DNA of 64,000 nucleotides from a virus (IMGVR_UViG_3300031867_000027:1-64000), one strand, 5' to 3'. Numbered from the stretch's first letter, positions 8,713 through 18,620 are shown. Notes: generated by a model not told the origin, from the sequence alone. Numbers and translations are program-made.

Positions 8713-10407
8713 ATGAATATTAAGTATGGTAAGTCTAAGAGGATTATGGCTTCTGAGTCTGATGGAAACTATGATAAGTCATTCAAAGCAAAAGGTACCA
8801 CATACTACATTGAGATGCTATCCGGAGCTGGAAACTATGTAGCTAAGTGGTGGGATTCATCTGATAATGGTTTAGGCTACAATAACAAGGGTTGGGTAGC
8901 TATTGAGGGTAAAAATTATCGTGCGCTCAACAACATCAGTGATGTTTCTTCTGACAATATTATTGATTTGTTAAGTGTCGTTAGTGATTATGACAGAAAA
9001 CCCGGTAAGCCTATTCAGGATAGAATTAAGCGTGAGGTTGCAAAGCTCCTTGATTTTGATGCTATCAACTCTGCCTGCGGTAAGAAGTCTGTAAAGGCTT
9101 CCTATGATCCTGATACTGCGGTTGGTATTTTCTATGAATCTCTCGATATCTTGAACAGATTCTTCAAGGGTACTTGTGTGTTCAAGGCAACAGTAGGGTC
9201 ATATAATATGCCGAAGTGTACATCATACTATGAGAATGATGGTGTTGATTTCTTACGTGATCTTAGTAGTCTCATAAAGGATAATAGTAGTCAAGCCATT
9301 ATGGAGTGGATAGAACAGTATGAAAGCAACCCATTGTATCTTGCCGTAATCAACGGCACAGAGGATGAATATATACAGGAACATATATCTGGTGAAGATA
9401 TGAATAATATCGATCCTACTGTAGACCTCGGATTTGTCGATGAGTGGTACGATATGTTTGATCATGATTGTTACCTATTGGGTGTCGAGATTGCCGATCA
9501 GATATGTGGATACCTTAGTTATTTCTCCGATATAGTAGCTGATGCTGATGGCTCTTACGATTATGAGGATGATTTCTATGAGGTTAGGCTTAACTATTAT
9601 GGTGACAATGTGACATCTTCTACAAAGCCAAAATCTTCACGTAGAGGTGTAAACGCATCTACTAAGCGTAGCCGTAGTGCAAAGGCTGTAAAGGCATCAA
9701 CATATAATTCTATTGAACTTACATTTATTAGCCCTAATCTTGAAACAGGTCGTTTAGTCGTAGATAAAGCAAGGGAAATAGGTGGTTTTGGTTCTACGTG
9801 GAACGAGCATAGTTGGGTGTATATAGATGTACCATCAGATCAATCTGTTGATAATGTTGATGATCTGATTCAATATGCTCAGAGTGTAGGTGTGTATCTT
9901 AATAGACCATCTGCTAAATTGCTTGATGCTTGGGCGGATTCTAAAGCTCAAACTGTTCTAAGAGGATGTACTGAGAAATCTGTAAAGGCAAGTGCAATTA
10001 TGAGTGCGGCAGATATATCTAATCTGACAATATATGTACCAAGCTACTGCTATGTAGATGTTATGGTTGATAGTTATGAACAAGGTGAGGGAGAGCAGGT
10101 AAATTCTTGGACATTCCAAGTCGCTGACGGTTTCAGAACTGCTCAGGATCTTATTGATGATATTGCAGAATCGAGCGGTATCTTCTCAAATGACATCAAT
10201 GATTACGTAGTTCTCGATAGTTCATTACAAACCGATGCTACGGTCAATGTAGATAATATGATTCCTACTGATGCGGAGATTGAGGCTTGGAAACGTGGTG
10301 AACTTGAACTGTATGTAGCACATCTTTGGGTTAATCTCCAAGTTGGATCGGCAACACACGATATTACAGATGAGGAAGCAGAGGCATTTGGCTTGTCCAT
10401 ATATTAA
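8713..10407 (+). CDS. Multi-domain acidic protein with the same basic leader/linkers
   Basis: MNIKYGKSKRIMAS leader; internal SACGKKSVKAS, AKAVKAS, EKSVKAS. Confidence 0.8.
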   Translation: MNIKYGKSKRIMASESDGNYDKSFKAKGTTYYIEMLSGAGNYVAKWWDSSDNGLGYNNKGWVAIEGKNYRALNNISDVSSDNIIDLLSVVSDYDRKPGKPIQDRIKREVAKLLDFDAINSACGKKSVKASYDPDTAVGIFYESLDILNRFFKGTCVFKATVGSYNMPKCTSYYENDGVDFLRDLSSLIKDNSSQAIMEWIEQYESNPLYLAVINGTEDEYIQEHISGEDMNNIDPTVDLGFVDEWYDMFDHDCYLLGVEIADQICGYLSYFSDIVADADGSYDYEDDFYEVRLNYYGDNVTSSTKPKSSRRGVNASTKRSRSAKAVKASTYNSIELTFISPNLETGRLVVDKAREIGGFGSTWNEHSWVYIDVPSDQSVDNVDDLIQYAQSVGVYLNRPSAKLLDAWADSKAQTVLRGCTEKSVKASAIMSAADISNLTIYVPSYCYVDVMVDSYEQGEGEQVNSWTFQVADGFRTAQDLIDDIAESSGIFSNDINDYVVLDSSLQTDATVNVDNMIPTDAEIEAWKRGELELYVAHLWVNLQVGSATHDITDEEAEAFGLSIY

Positions 10408-10422
10408 GGAGGAATAATCAAT

Positions 10423-11169
10423 ATGAAACGTTATATTAAATCAAATAAGGGTATTGTCCCCACAGCAGTAAGTAAGAAGCGTAGGGCTGTAAAGGCGAGT
10501 GAGCAAGGTAATAATGGGACTGTGGTCCTAAAAGATATGAACACAGATGTAATACCTGTAGCTGATTTCGGTTGTTATGGTGGTTTGTTAGCAGATGCCT
10601 TGGATGATGTATTCGTTGCGGATGCTGTAAATACTGAAGTCATTGATCCTAATGATGAGTATTATGATGAGATAATGCAGCTTATAGCAGAGGATTATGA
10701 CGGAACCTCCGAGTTTTACGCTCAGGTATTGAATTATGCACCTGCTACGATTCAGGCAGCGTTTGATGATTATGAGATTCCTGCAACCGTAGTTTCCGGG
10801 TCCTGCAAATGGAATCACCCAAGCTATTATAATTATAGCGATGATGTCATTGAATTTGATATGGCTATTGATACATCTTGGGTCGAGAGTAAGTTTGCAG
10901 AATTCAGTAATGATCCCGGCTTCCAGCAGTTTATAGATAATGAATTCAGCAGCCGAAGTGGTTTTATATCATTTATGCCTAACAGCACAGATGAATACAG
11001 TGATTTGCTTGATCCGAACGATAGTGAGTATTGGAAAGTTGTATCTGCTATCATACAGTATATTGTAGATAGTGATAAATCTATCCGTGAGTCAGTCACT
11101 GAGGATTTGTATGATGATTTGCGTGGTAATGCTAATTATACAACTTTCAGTGGTTATGATATATACTGA
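10423..11169 (+). CDS. MKRYI-leader acidic protein
   Basis: MKRYIKS...KKRRAVKAS leader, then a D/E-rich body. Confidence 0.8.
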   Translation: MKRYIKSNKGIVPTAVSKKRRAVKASEQGNNGTVVLKDMNTDVIPVADFGCYGGLLADALDDVFVADAVNTEVIDPNDEYYDEIMQLIAEDYDGTSEFYAQVLNYAPATIQAAFDDYEIPATVVSGSCKWNHPSYYNYSDDVIEFDMAIDTSWVESKFAEFSNDPGFQQFIDNEFSSRSGFISFMPNSTDEYSDLLDPNDSEYWKVVSAIIQYIVDSDKSIRESVTEDLYDDLRGNANYTTFSGYDIY

Positions 11170-11194
11170 TACAATCATATTGGAATGACACATA

Positions 11195-11231
11195 AAACCT
11201 CTATGTAGACTAATAATCTGCATAGAGGTTT
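11195..11231 (+). terminator. Hairpin terminator
   Basis: aaacctctatgtaga/tctgcatagaggttt. Confidence 0.6.
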
Positions 11232-11245
11232 GTGTAAAATGTATA

Positions 11246-11274
11246 TTGACAAACTCATTACGGTAGTATGTAAT
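11246..11274 (+). promoter_or_regulatory. Host sigmaA-type promoter with TTACGGTAGTA box in spacer
   Basis: TTGACA-17 bp-TGTAAT; box at 11258-11268. Confidence 0.65.
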
Positions 11275-11365
11275 TAGGGTAGGAAGATATATACATAAGC
11301 ACTAAGATAGATAACCTTATATATCATAGATACTCAAAACTCTATATATCGTAGGAGATTTATAT

Positions 11366-11842
11366 ATGCGAGATGACCTTTTAGGTAAAAAAGCTGAGGC
11401 TAAGATACAGGAGTGGCTTGATAGACCGGAAGAGAATTATTGCTTTGATAGAATCAAGGATCAGATGACAGGTTTCTATGGAAGTAAGAACATCTGTGAT
11501 TTTACCTTGTTCAAAGATGGTAGATTCTTCTACATCGAATCAAAAGCTACGTATGAGGACCGGTTTGACTTCTCAATGATTACTGAGTATCAGTATGATA
11601 ATCTGCTCAAGAAGTCGAAGCTCAAAGATGTATATGGTGTAGTAATAGTTCTGTTCGCTACTCAGAGCAGAGCCTTTATACTTAATATAAAGGATATAGA
11701 TTATCTCCAAAAGGAAAAGGATAAGCACTCTCTCAACATAAAGAAGCTGGATAAGTGGGAGATTCCTTACCGGGAGATAGAGACAGTTCCGAGTAGGAAG
11801 GTGCTGCTTGACTATACCGGGGAATGGACTTATCCGGATTGA
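11366..11842 (+). CDS. recU: Holliday junction resolvase RecU-like
   Basis: GKKAE...CDF...YIESKAT...ITEYQ PD-(D/E)xK RecU pattern. Confidence 0.75.
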   Translation: MRDDLLGKKAEAKIQEWLDRPEENYCFDRIKDQMTGFYGSKNICDFTLFKDGRFFYIESKATYEDRFDFSMITEYQYDNLLKKSKLKDVYGVVIVLFATQSRAFILNIKDIDYLQKEKDKHSLNIKKLDKWEIPYREIETVPSRKVLLDYTGEWTYPD

Positions 11843-11851
11843 GGTGTCATT

Positions 11852-12436
11852 ATGAAAAGATATATAAGAAGTGCTGTTGCACCAGATGAATACAATAATA
11901 GGCAGACACAGATCGGATCACCATTAAAGACATACAAAGGAAGTGCTATAAAGCGCAGCACTAAATACGGAGTAGGTAAGGAAATCGGAGGGGATATATA
12001 TTTCCATAAGATGTACGCCGATGAGATTATACCTGCGGATGTTCTTGATAACGCAGAATCTATTCTTGCAGAAGAATATCCTAACTTCCAATATAATTGT
12101 ATAAGATATTCTCCTAAGACCGGGGATATATCATTTCAAGAAGCTCCTGACTTTGATACAGCAAGAGAGCCCAAGGTAGGGGATTATATTACAGTTAAAC
12201 CGGATGGTTCTGTTCGTAAAGGACATTCTGAGTATATTTGGCATCACAAATGGTGCTGGGTCAAAAATGATTATCCCGGCTTTGATGTATCGGATAGTTG
12301 GGAATGGTCACGGCAATGGCTTAATACTCTGCAAGAAACCTCTGATGGTAATGGTATCGGTAGGTGGAATACACAACTTAAACGATATGGTTTACCTATA
12401 GCTCAGAGTAGAAGAGTGCATATACGTTTCAAATAA
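11852..12436 (+). CDS. MKRYI-leader protein resembling the non-catalytic domain of DNA-phosphorothioation-associated methyltransferases
   Basis: GKEIGGDIYFH...ISFQEAPDFDTAREP...IWHHK...DY motif string (recalled similarity). Confidence 0.55.
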   Translation: MKRYIRSAVAPDEYNNRQTQIGSPLKTYKGSAIKRSTKYGVGKEIGGDIYFHKMYADEIIPADVLDNAESILAEEYPNFQYNCIRYSPKTGDISFQEAPDFDTAREPKVGDYITVKPDGSVRKGHSEYIWHHKWCWVKNDYPGFDVSDSWEWSRQWLNTLQETSDGNGIGRWNTQLKRYGLPIAQSRRVHIRFK

Positions 12437-12442
12437 TATAAT

Positions 12443-12482
12443 AGGTGCCTACTATTTAACCAGATAGTAGACACCTTTTTTG
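12443..12482 (+). terminator. Rho-independent terminator
   Basis: aggtgcctactat/atagtagacacct plus T-run. Confidence 0.7.
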
Positions 12483-12495
12483 TTTACTCTGTGCA

Positions 12496-12551
12496 TTGAC
12501 ATAGTAGTTACGGTAGTATATAATTAGAATAGAAAGACGGTTACGGTAGTA
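12496..12551 (+). promoter_or_regulatory. Consensus sigmaA promoter with two TTACGGTAGTA boxes
   Basis: TTGACA 12496, 17 bp spacer, TATAAT 12519; boxes at 12508 and 12541. Confidence 0.8.
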
Positions 12552-12614
12552 TATTGGTAAACCGAAACCTAAGTGGAACAATCGTTATATGTATATGAAG
12601 GGAGAGAGACATAA

Positions 12615-12821
12615 ATGTATAATCTGTTAATACTCATCGCTACATACTTGTCGTTCGGATGTGCACTGGCTGCGGTTAATATGTTGAGAAACCTTATTTC
12701 CGGAATCAGATCAGAGCGTGAATCCGAGAACGCTGAAAGATTTGCCAAGAAAGCTCAGAGCGGAAGGACAATTCTGCGAAACAGAGCTCAGATATGGCAT
12801 ACATACGGAAAGGAGAAATAA
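12615..12821 (+). CDS. Small membrane protein
   Basis: N-terminal hydrophobic helix; GGGAG RBS. Confidence 0.6.
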   Translation: MYNLLILIATYLSFGCALAAVNMLRNLISGIRSERESENAERFAKKAQSGRTILRNRAQIWHTYGKEK

Positions 12822-12822
12822 T

Positions 12823-13695
12823 ATGTTTGACTTCACAACAATTAGACCTAAGAGTGAGTTTAAGTATTGGTTTACCTATGAACCTAAGACTAATTCTTAT
12901 GTAGCCTATGATATTGCAACTCATAAGGCTATCGCTATGGTGGATGGTGCTACAAGTAAAGTAACGGCTAAGGATGAACTTATCCCGGCTGAATTCCTTG
13001 CAGAAGTAGCACTGGACTTTGATGAGTTCAAGATTCACAGACCTGAGTATCAGATAGGTAGGAGACTGAATCACGAACTGCTTTATGGTGACACATCTAA
13101 TGAGGAAACACTAAAGCTTCTAAAGGAAGAGATAGACCTTTACCTTGTAGCTTGTTGTTACTCTATGTATGCCGATGATGCGGCTGAGAAGTATGCTAAG
13201 AGAGCAATCAGCTGGTTAGAGTCAACCGACTTCTATACAGCTCCGGCTTCTACTAAGTATCACGAATCTGAATTCGGTGGTCTTATCAAGCATACACTTA
13301 AGGTTATAGATAAAGTGTCTGAACTGATAACCATTGATACCTACAAAGATGTCAACTTTGCAGAATCTATTCTCGCAGCGATATGTCACGATTTCTGCAA
13401 AATCAATTTCTATACTCCATATCAGAAGAATGTCAAGAACGAAAAGACCGGAATTTGGGAGCAGGAGTTAGCATTCAAATACAAAGGTTCAGATATTCCT
13501 CTCGGTCACGGTACCACATCTATGTTCATAGCTATGAAGCTGTTCAAGCTCACAACAGAGCAGGCAGTAGCAATAAGATGGCATATGAATGAGTACAATG
13601 TGTGCGATTCTGAGCGACAGGATCTGATGGATGCTAATGAGAAGTACCGTATGACTACTCTTATTCAGACTGCGGATAGGCTGTCTATCATATAA
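12823..13695 (+). CDS. HD-domain phosphohydrolase
   Basis: APASTKYH...GGLIKHT...ICHDFCK...GHG...AIRWHM...AD; AAGGAG RBS before ATG 12823. Confidence 0.88.
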   Translation: MFDFTTIRPKSEFKYWFTYEPKTNSYVAYDIATHKAIAMVDGATSKVTAKDELIPAEFLAEVALDFDEFKIHRPEYQIGRRLNHELLYGDTSNEETLKLLKEEIDLYLVACCYSMYADDAAEKYAKRAISWLESTDFYTAPASTKYHESEFGGLIKHTLKVIDKVSELITIDTYKDVNFAESILAAICHDFCKINFYTPYQKNVKNEKTGIWEQELAFKYKGSDIPLGHGTTSMFIAMKLFKLTTEQAVAIRWHMNEYNVCDSERQDLMDANEKYRMTTLIQTADRLSII

Positions 13696-13708
13696 GGGGG
13701 GTGTGTTT

Positions 13709-14050
13709 ATGGCAAATAAGTTTAACGTAGGTGATACCGTGATACTTACTACTCCTTGGCAGGGTAGACGTATCTGTACAGTCGAGCGCATTACCTCAGC
13801 AGGTAATATCGCAGTAAGTGGTCTGAAAAATGTATTATTCAAACCTAATGGTCATGAGCGTGGTGGTGATACATATTCGTGTAGATACATACACCCTGCA
13901 AGTCCTGACGAGATAGCAGACTTAGAACAGCAGCAGCTCATAAATGATGTTAAACGCAAAATGGAGCACATACTAAAGAACCTGACATATGAACAGGCTA
14001 AGGAGTTATTTATGACCTCTATGTTTCAGGGGAGAGAGGATGATAAGTAA
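13709..14050 (+). CDS. Hypothetical beta-barrel phage protein
   Basis: FNVGDTV N-terminus; RBS. Confidence 0.65.
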   Translation: MANKFNVGDTVILTTPWQGRRICTVERITSAGNIAVSGLKNVLFKPNGHERGGDTYSCRYIHPASPDEIADLEQQQLINDVKRKMEHILKNLTYEQAKELFMTSMFQGREDDK

Positions 14051-14321
14051 TACGAAGAGAGCGGTAACATCCTTGATTCCGGGTGAGCAGGTAGTATTCA
14101 AGCTGTACAGTAGTATATATGGTAAGAAAATACCTGAGACGGGTACTGTTGATTTCGTGGATACAAAGCAGAATTATATATGGATATCATATCTGTGTGG
14201 GTATAAAAATATGGATGCTTTTATCCCATTTGAAGATATGTTAGCCGTATATAATCCAAATGGTGAGTATATGGAGTTCGGCAACATAAGGGGTTATAGT
14301 GATGAACTTATATCGGATTAG
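14040..14321 (+). CDS. Hypothetical protein
   Basis: Overlapping operon ORF with RBS. Confidence 0.6.
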   Translation: MISNTKRAVTSLIPGEQVVFKLYSSIYGKKIPETGTVDFVDTKQNYIWISYLCGYKNMDAFIPFEDMLAVYNPNGEYMEFGNIRGYSDELISD

Positions 14322-14335
14322 GGAGGTGTAAACTT

Positions 14336-14566
14336 ATGATTATAGATCCTTTTAATATGCCGTATCAGAATCCGTATGAAGGATTAGATGATGAGGCTGA
14401 GTATTTAATAGAATCGGACGATGAATCTGGTAAACCGATATGGATTTGTCCTTACTGTGACCTTGTGTATTATCCAAAGCACTTATTCTTCCGTGGTAGG
14501 AAGTCTCATACTTTTAAGTGTGATAAGTGCGGAAAGCTTATAAAATGCAAAGGTCGAACATATTGA
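14336..14566 (+). CDS. Zinc-ribbon protein
   Basis: CPYC...CDKC; GGAGGTG RBS. Confidence 0.65.
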   Translation: MIIDPFNMPYQNPYEGLDDEAEYLIESDDESGKPIWICPYCDLVYYPKHLFFRGRKSHTFKCDKCGKLIKCKGRTY

Positions 14567-14634
14567 TGTTTTAATCAACCTTATATATAACCAAATACTA
14601 TGGCTATTTAAGCCAAAGAAAGGTTGATTGATGT

Positions 14635-14961
14635 ATGAAACGATATAAGGTATTTTCATCGAAGAATGGTAAGACGGTCCCGAAGAGCATTCGTGCTAAC
14701 CAGAATTCTAAGAAACGCAGACCCATTAAGGCTGCTGAAAGCTACGGTTGGGTAGTAGAGGATTGGGAAGCGCAGGAAGCATATGATTTTGCTATTGAAA
14801 GCGGTTGGTGGGATGAGGCATCCTTGAACGCTGATATAGTAAGAGCTATCAGTCAGGAAGAATTGGCTGCTTGTCTTGCTTTCATTTTCCGTAATAATGA
14901 TTTCCAAGAGTGGAATGACCGTAACAATGATGATGACGATGATGATTATGAGGAGGAATAA
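14635..14961 (+). CDS. MKRY-leader acidic protein
   Basis: MKRYK...KSIRAN...KKRRPIKAA leader; follows class-B promoter 14577. Confidence 0.75.
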   Translation: MKRYKVFSSKNGKTVPKSIRANQNSKKRRPIKAAESYGWVVEDWEAQEAYDFAIESGWWDEASLNADIVRAISQEELAACLAFIFRNNDFQEWNDRNNDDDDDDYEEE

Positions 14962-14963
14962 TT

Positions 14964-15338
14964 ATGGCATACAATTATCTTGAAGCAATGGTTGATGATA
15001 TCAAGGATTACATTGATGAAAATATCAACCTTGAAGAGTATGAGAACAGACAGGAACTTGAAGAAAAGCTCAATGATGACCTTTGGGTAGAGGATTCTGT
15101 AACAGGTAATGGTTCAGGCTCTTACACATTTGACCGTCATAAGTCTTATGAGAACGTACAGGGTGATCCTAATGCTATGGATTACATTCGTGACCTTGTA
15201 TCTGAGTTCGGTGTAGATGCTGAGACAGTAGCTGAGAAGTTCCTTGATGAAGATTATGAGTATTGGGATGTTTCTATCCGTTGCTATCTTCTCGGACAGG
15301 CTATCGGTGAAGCTCTTGACCAGCTTGGTATTGAGTGA
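14964..15338 (+). CDS. Highly acidic helical protein, possible Ocr-like DNA mimic
   Basis: 124 aa, very D/E rich; size and character recall T7 gp0.3 (function inferred). Confidence 0.5.
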   Translation: MAYNYLEAMVDDIKDYIDENINLEEYENRQELEEKLNDDLWVEDSVTGNGSGSYTFDRHKSYENVQGDPNAMDYIRDLVSEFGVDAETVAEKFLDEDYEYWDVSIRCYLLGQAIGEALDQLGIE

Positions 15339-15349
15339 GGTGTAACTGA

Positions 15350-15901
15350 ATGAAGCTTAAAGAGTTTGTAAACCTGTACGCTGGTGATGAGATTGTTCTG
15401 AACTTATATAGTGAGGATGGTCAAGAGTCAGATACTGTGACCATAGATCCAACATTAGCATCTACAAGCCGTATCAGTAAGAAGTGGCTCAAGGGAGAAG
15501 TTGTATACTTTGACTTTCACGATGATGAACTCTATGTCAGCGTAGATATGGCAGAGGATAAGCGTAATACTGAAACAGTAACTTCTACTATGAGAATATC
15601 CAGAGGTAAGTCAGTAATGGCTTCTGCTTGGAAAGCTCCGAACGGCAAGAAATACGGTAAGCAGACAAACAGATTCCCCGGTAAATACCTCTTTACTCGT
15701 AGAGAGCTCAAAGATATGGTTGACAGCGGTATTGCTGAGGATATGGCCGGTACATTCGATCCTATGGCTATGAACTATGACATAATCGGTATCTCTTGGA
15801 ATGAAACCAATGGTTACAGATCAGGTATACTTATTCAGGATAATGATACGGGTAATCTGTATGTTGGTAATACCGGAGATGCTACAAGAGCAAAACTTTG
15901 A
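15350..15901 (+). CDS. Two-domain protein with internal RGKSVMAS linker
   Basis: GAGGTG RBS; linker resembles the shared leader. Confidence 0.65.
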   Translation: MKLKEFVNLYAGDEIVLNLYSEDGQESDTVTIDPTLASTSRISKKWLKGEVVYFDFHDDELYVSVDMAEDKRNTETVTSTMRISRGKSVMASAWKAPNGKKYGKQTNRFPGKYLFTRRELKDMVDSGIAEDMAGTFDPMAMNYDIIGISWNETNGYRSGILIQDNDTGNLYVGNTGDATRAKL

Positions 15902-16117
15902 TTTATATGGAGGTACGTGTGGAATCATGGAATCCGGATTTCATAGAGTCCTTTATAGATGATACTGATATGCCCCTTGGTAGATTAGAAGCTACAAGGT
16001 AAAATAAAACATTGACAATAACCGCACATCTGCTATATAATATATAGTAAGCTTTGTGCGGTTTTGTTTACATAAAATTGCAATCGTTATAGTATATAGA
16101 AAGTGAGGTTACTATTT

Positions 16118-16663
16118 ATGAAACGATATATAAGAGCAAATATCCCTAATGATGTTCCAACATTCACCATTGATATAACGGTATTTCATGAACTCATTAA
16201 TAACAAGGTAGCAGCCGCTTTCTCTAATATCAAACCTATATATTCCGATGATTTAGAGTTAGATGAAAAGGCTTTAGCAGAGTATGATGATTTTATAGAT
16301 GAACTTATAGGAGAAATAGAGTATCAGGGATTCAAACTGCTGAGGGCATCGGAAAGTGCATCAAGTGTTACATCCCGGTACTATACATTAGCTGACAAAG
16401 AGCAGGTAGCCAATAAAGATATCAAATTTCTTGTATTCCTTAGAGTATCAGATCATCTTCCTATGTTAGACGAAAATCAAAAAGCTTGGGTAAGAAATCA
16501 GCGTGAAAAAGACCGTGAAAGATTTAAGCAACCGCAAACTAAAGCATCTCAGCGATTCAAGGTTCGGAGCTTATTAGTTAATAATGAAGAATTTGAATCC
16601 TATGATGCGGCAATGGAGTACGCTGTAAAGAAATTAGAAGAGTGGCACAATTCAGTTTTATAA
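16118..16663 (+). CDS. MKRYI-leader protein
   Basis: MKRYIRAN; contains LRVSDH motif. Confidence 0.7.
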   Translation: MKRYIRANIPNDVPTFTIDITVFHELINNKVAAAFSNIKPIYSDDLELDEKALAEYDDFIDELIGEIEYQGFKLLRASESASSVTSRYYTLADKEQVANKDIKFLVFLRVSDHLPMLDENQKAWVRNQREKDRERFKQPQTKASQRFKVRSLLVNNEEFESYDAAMEYAVKKLEEWHNSVL

Positions 16664-16749
16664 TAGGTGCGATAAATAACCTTATATATCCGTGATAGAA
16701 GTGCAATATCTTCTATCACGGATCTTTTAATTTATGAGGTGAGAAATGA

Positions 16750-17265
16750 ATGAAACGATATATTAAGCGTGGTGTAACTGCAAGCCGCACTTCAAAGCGT
16801 AAGACTATACTTTGTTCTTCTAATGGTAAGTACATAGGTGGCAAGCTGTTTGACTTGCCTGAATCCTATTGGGATGATGAAGATGATACTGCAAGAATTG
16901 AGAGAGCAGAAGAGATAGATTCCTATATAAACAACTTCTCCGATAACTATATTATCTATTGGAATAATGGTGATAGTATCTCAGTCAATACTGATTTGAA
17001 CGTATCTTGGGATATAGTAGAGCGTATGGCTATCAAAGAGGGTATTGATGTAATCGCTTATCCGGATCACATAGACGTAATCGGTTATTATGGTCGTAAT
17101 CAGGATGTTGCACAGCTTTATCCTATATCAGATGATAAAGCTGCTGAGTTGGTTGACCTTGTAGATAATTCTGACTTTGATGAGACTACAACCTTGGAAT
17201 CATATATCTCTGAGTACGCTTGGAATGGTGCTTCTGCTGAGGATGTTCTGAAATCTTGGAGATAA
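16750..17265 (+). CDS. MKRYI-leader acidic protein
   Basis: MKRYIKRGVTAS; class-B promoter 16678. Confidence 0.75.
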   Translation: MKRYIKRGVTASRTSKRKTILCSSNGKYIGGKLFDLPESYWDDEDDTARIERAEEIDSYINNFSDNYIIYWNNGDSISVNTDLNVSWDIVERMAIKEGIDVIAYPDHIDVIGYYGRNQDVAQLYPISDDKAAELVDLVDNSDFDETTTLESYISEYAWNGASAEDVLKSWR

Positions 17266-17349
17266 TCATTTATACGAATAACCTTATATATCGGTAATAG
17301 AGAATAATCTCTATTACCGATTTTTGTTTTATATGAGGTGAATTGCAAA

Positions 17350-17694
17350 ATGAAGATTCGTAGAAATGCTCCGATAATGGCAGCAGACTTTGATGAAGAT
17401 CCAGCAATGATGAGTGAGGATATAGAAGATACCGTAGATGACATCGCAGATGCGGTTGATGATATTCAGGATACAATGGAAGATGTAGAAGAAGATGATA
17501 TTGATATTGAAATGGAAAACAATATCGCTAATCACTATGTAGCCGAGTGCGATAGTTGCCACGGAATATTTATCTCTGCACTTGTTGAGTCTGATCAGGA
17601 AGTAGAAAGCATCACAGGCATATGCCCTCTCTGTGACAAGGATACCACACAATACTTATACTGGTTGATTAAGAACGTGCGTGATGTTGACTGA
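17350..17694 (+). CDS. Basic-leader acidic protein with zinc ribbon
   Basis: MKIRRNAPIMAA leader; CDSC...CPLC; class-B promoter 17280. Confidence 0.7.
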   Translation: MKIRRNAPIMAADFDEDPAMMSEDIEDTVDDIADAVDDIQDTMEDVEEDDIDIEMENNIANHYVAECDSCHGIFISALVESDQEVESITGICPLCDKDTTQYLYWLIKNVRDVD

Positions 17695-17708
17695 GAGAAG
17701 GTGAGTTT

Positions 17709-18161
17709 ATGAAAACGGAACTCATTCTCGGTATAGCAGCCATCGCAGGTCCAATTATATCCTCCGTAATGGTGGCATTGCTTAACAATTGGGATAAAAT
17801 CAACAAGAATAAAGCTGTAATCAAGGAAATGAATCAGCGGAGTATCGAGACTCAGGCCGATGTATCCCTGATGAAAGCACAGATGGGTAAGTTGACCTCA
17901 GCGCAGCGTACAGGCTTACAAACACAAATCTTAGAGAAGTGCAAGCGTATCCAGAATGCTATTGAGCTGGATCGTGATGACTTTGGTGAAGAACTAAAAC
18001 AACTGATAATACTCTACCGGGAATATTATTTATGTGGATTCAACAGCCAAGGGAAGCTTTATTTTAATGACACCATTGATAAAGCCGCCCAGCATAATAA
18101 TGTTCTTGTGAGGGATTTGATGAACACGTACTTCTCTGAGTATGACCCTGATAAGAGGTGA
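17709..18161 (+). CDS. Membrane-anchored coiled-coil protein, holin-associated
   Basis: N-terminal TM helix; directly precedes holin-like gene. Confidence 0.55.
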   Translation: MKTELILGIAAIAGPIISSVMVALLNNWDKINKNKAVIKEMNQRSIETQADVSLMKAQMGKLTSAQRTGLQTQILEKCKRIQNAIELDRDDFGEELKQLIILYREYYLCGFNSQGKLYFNDTIDKAAQHNNVLVRDLMNTYFSEYDPDKR

Positions 18162-18167
18162 GTTAGT

Positions 18168-18620
18168 ATGAAAGATGAACTGATAAAAGCATTCATAGAA
18201 TTGACATTTACAGTTATATCCGCAGTTATAACTATTGTTCTTCTTCCGGCAGTTGCAGCTTGGTTGAAGTCAAAGACTGAGAATCAACAGATACAATCCA
18301 TTATTATGGATATTACATCCGCTGTAGCTACTTGTGTAGACCATAGTGAGCAGACCCTTGTTTCTACGCTGAAACAGGAAGGAAAATGGGATAAGGCATC
18401 CCAGCAAGCAGTTCTTGAGTCTGTAACACAGAACGTTCTCAACAGCCTACTTGACAGTACAAAGAAGGTTGTAGCTGACAATGGTATGGATTTACAAGCA
18501 TTGGTTGTTCAGCACATTGAGGCATATATACAATCTAAGAAGGTCAATGAACCTATCGCCCTTCCGGAAATAGTGTCTGATGCGAAGGTTTCAGATGATC
18601 TTACTGAGATTGAACACTAA
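18168..18620 (+). CDS. LL-H-family holin-like protein
   Basis: N-terminal TM helix ending WLKSK, then V..SEQT and IEAYI pattern. Confidence 0.6.
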   Translation: MKDELIKAFIELTFTVISAVITIVLLPAVAAWLKSKTENQQIQSIIMDITSAVATCVDHSEQTLVSTLKQEGKWDKASQQAVLESVTQNVLNSLLDSTKKVVADNGMDLQALVVQHIEAYIQSKKVNEPIALPEIVSDAKVSDDLTEIEH

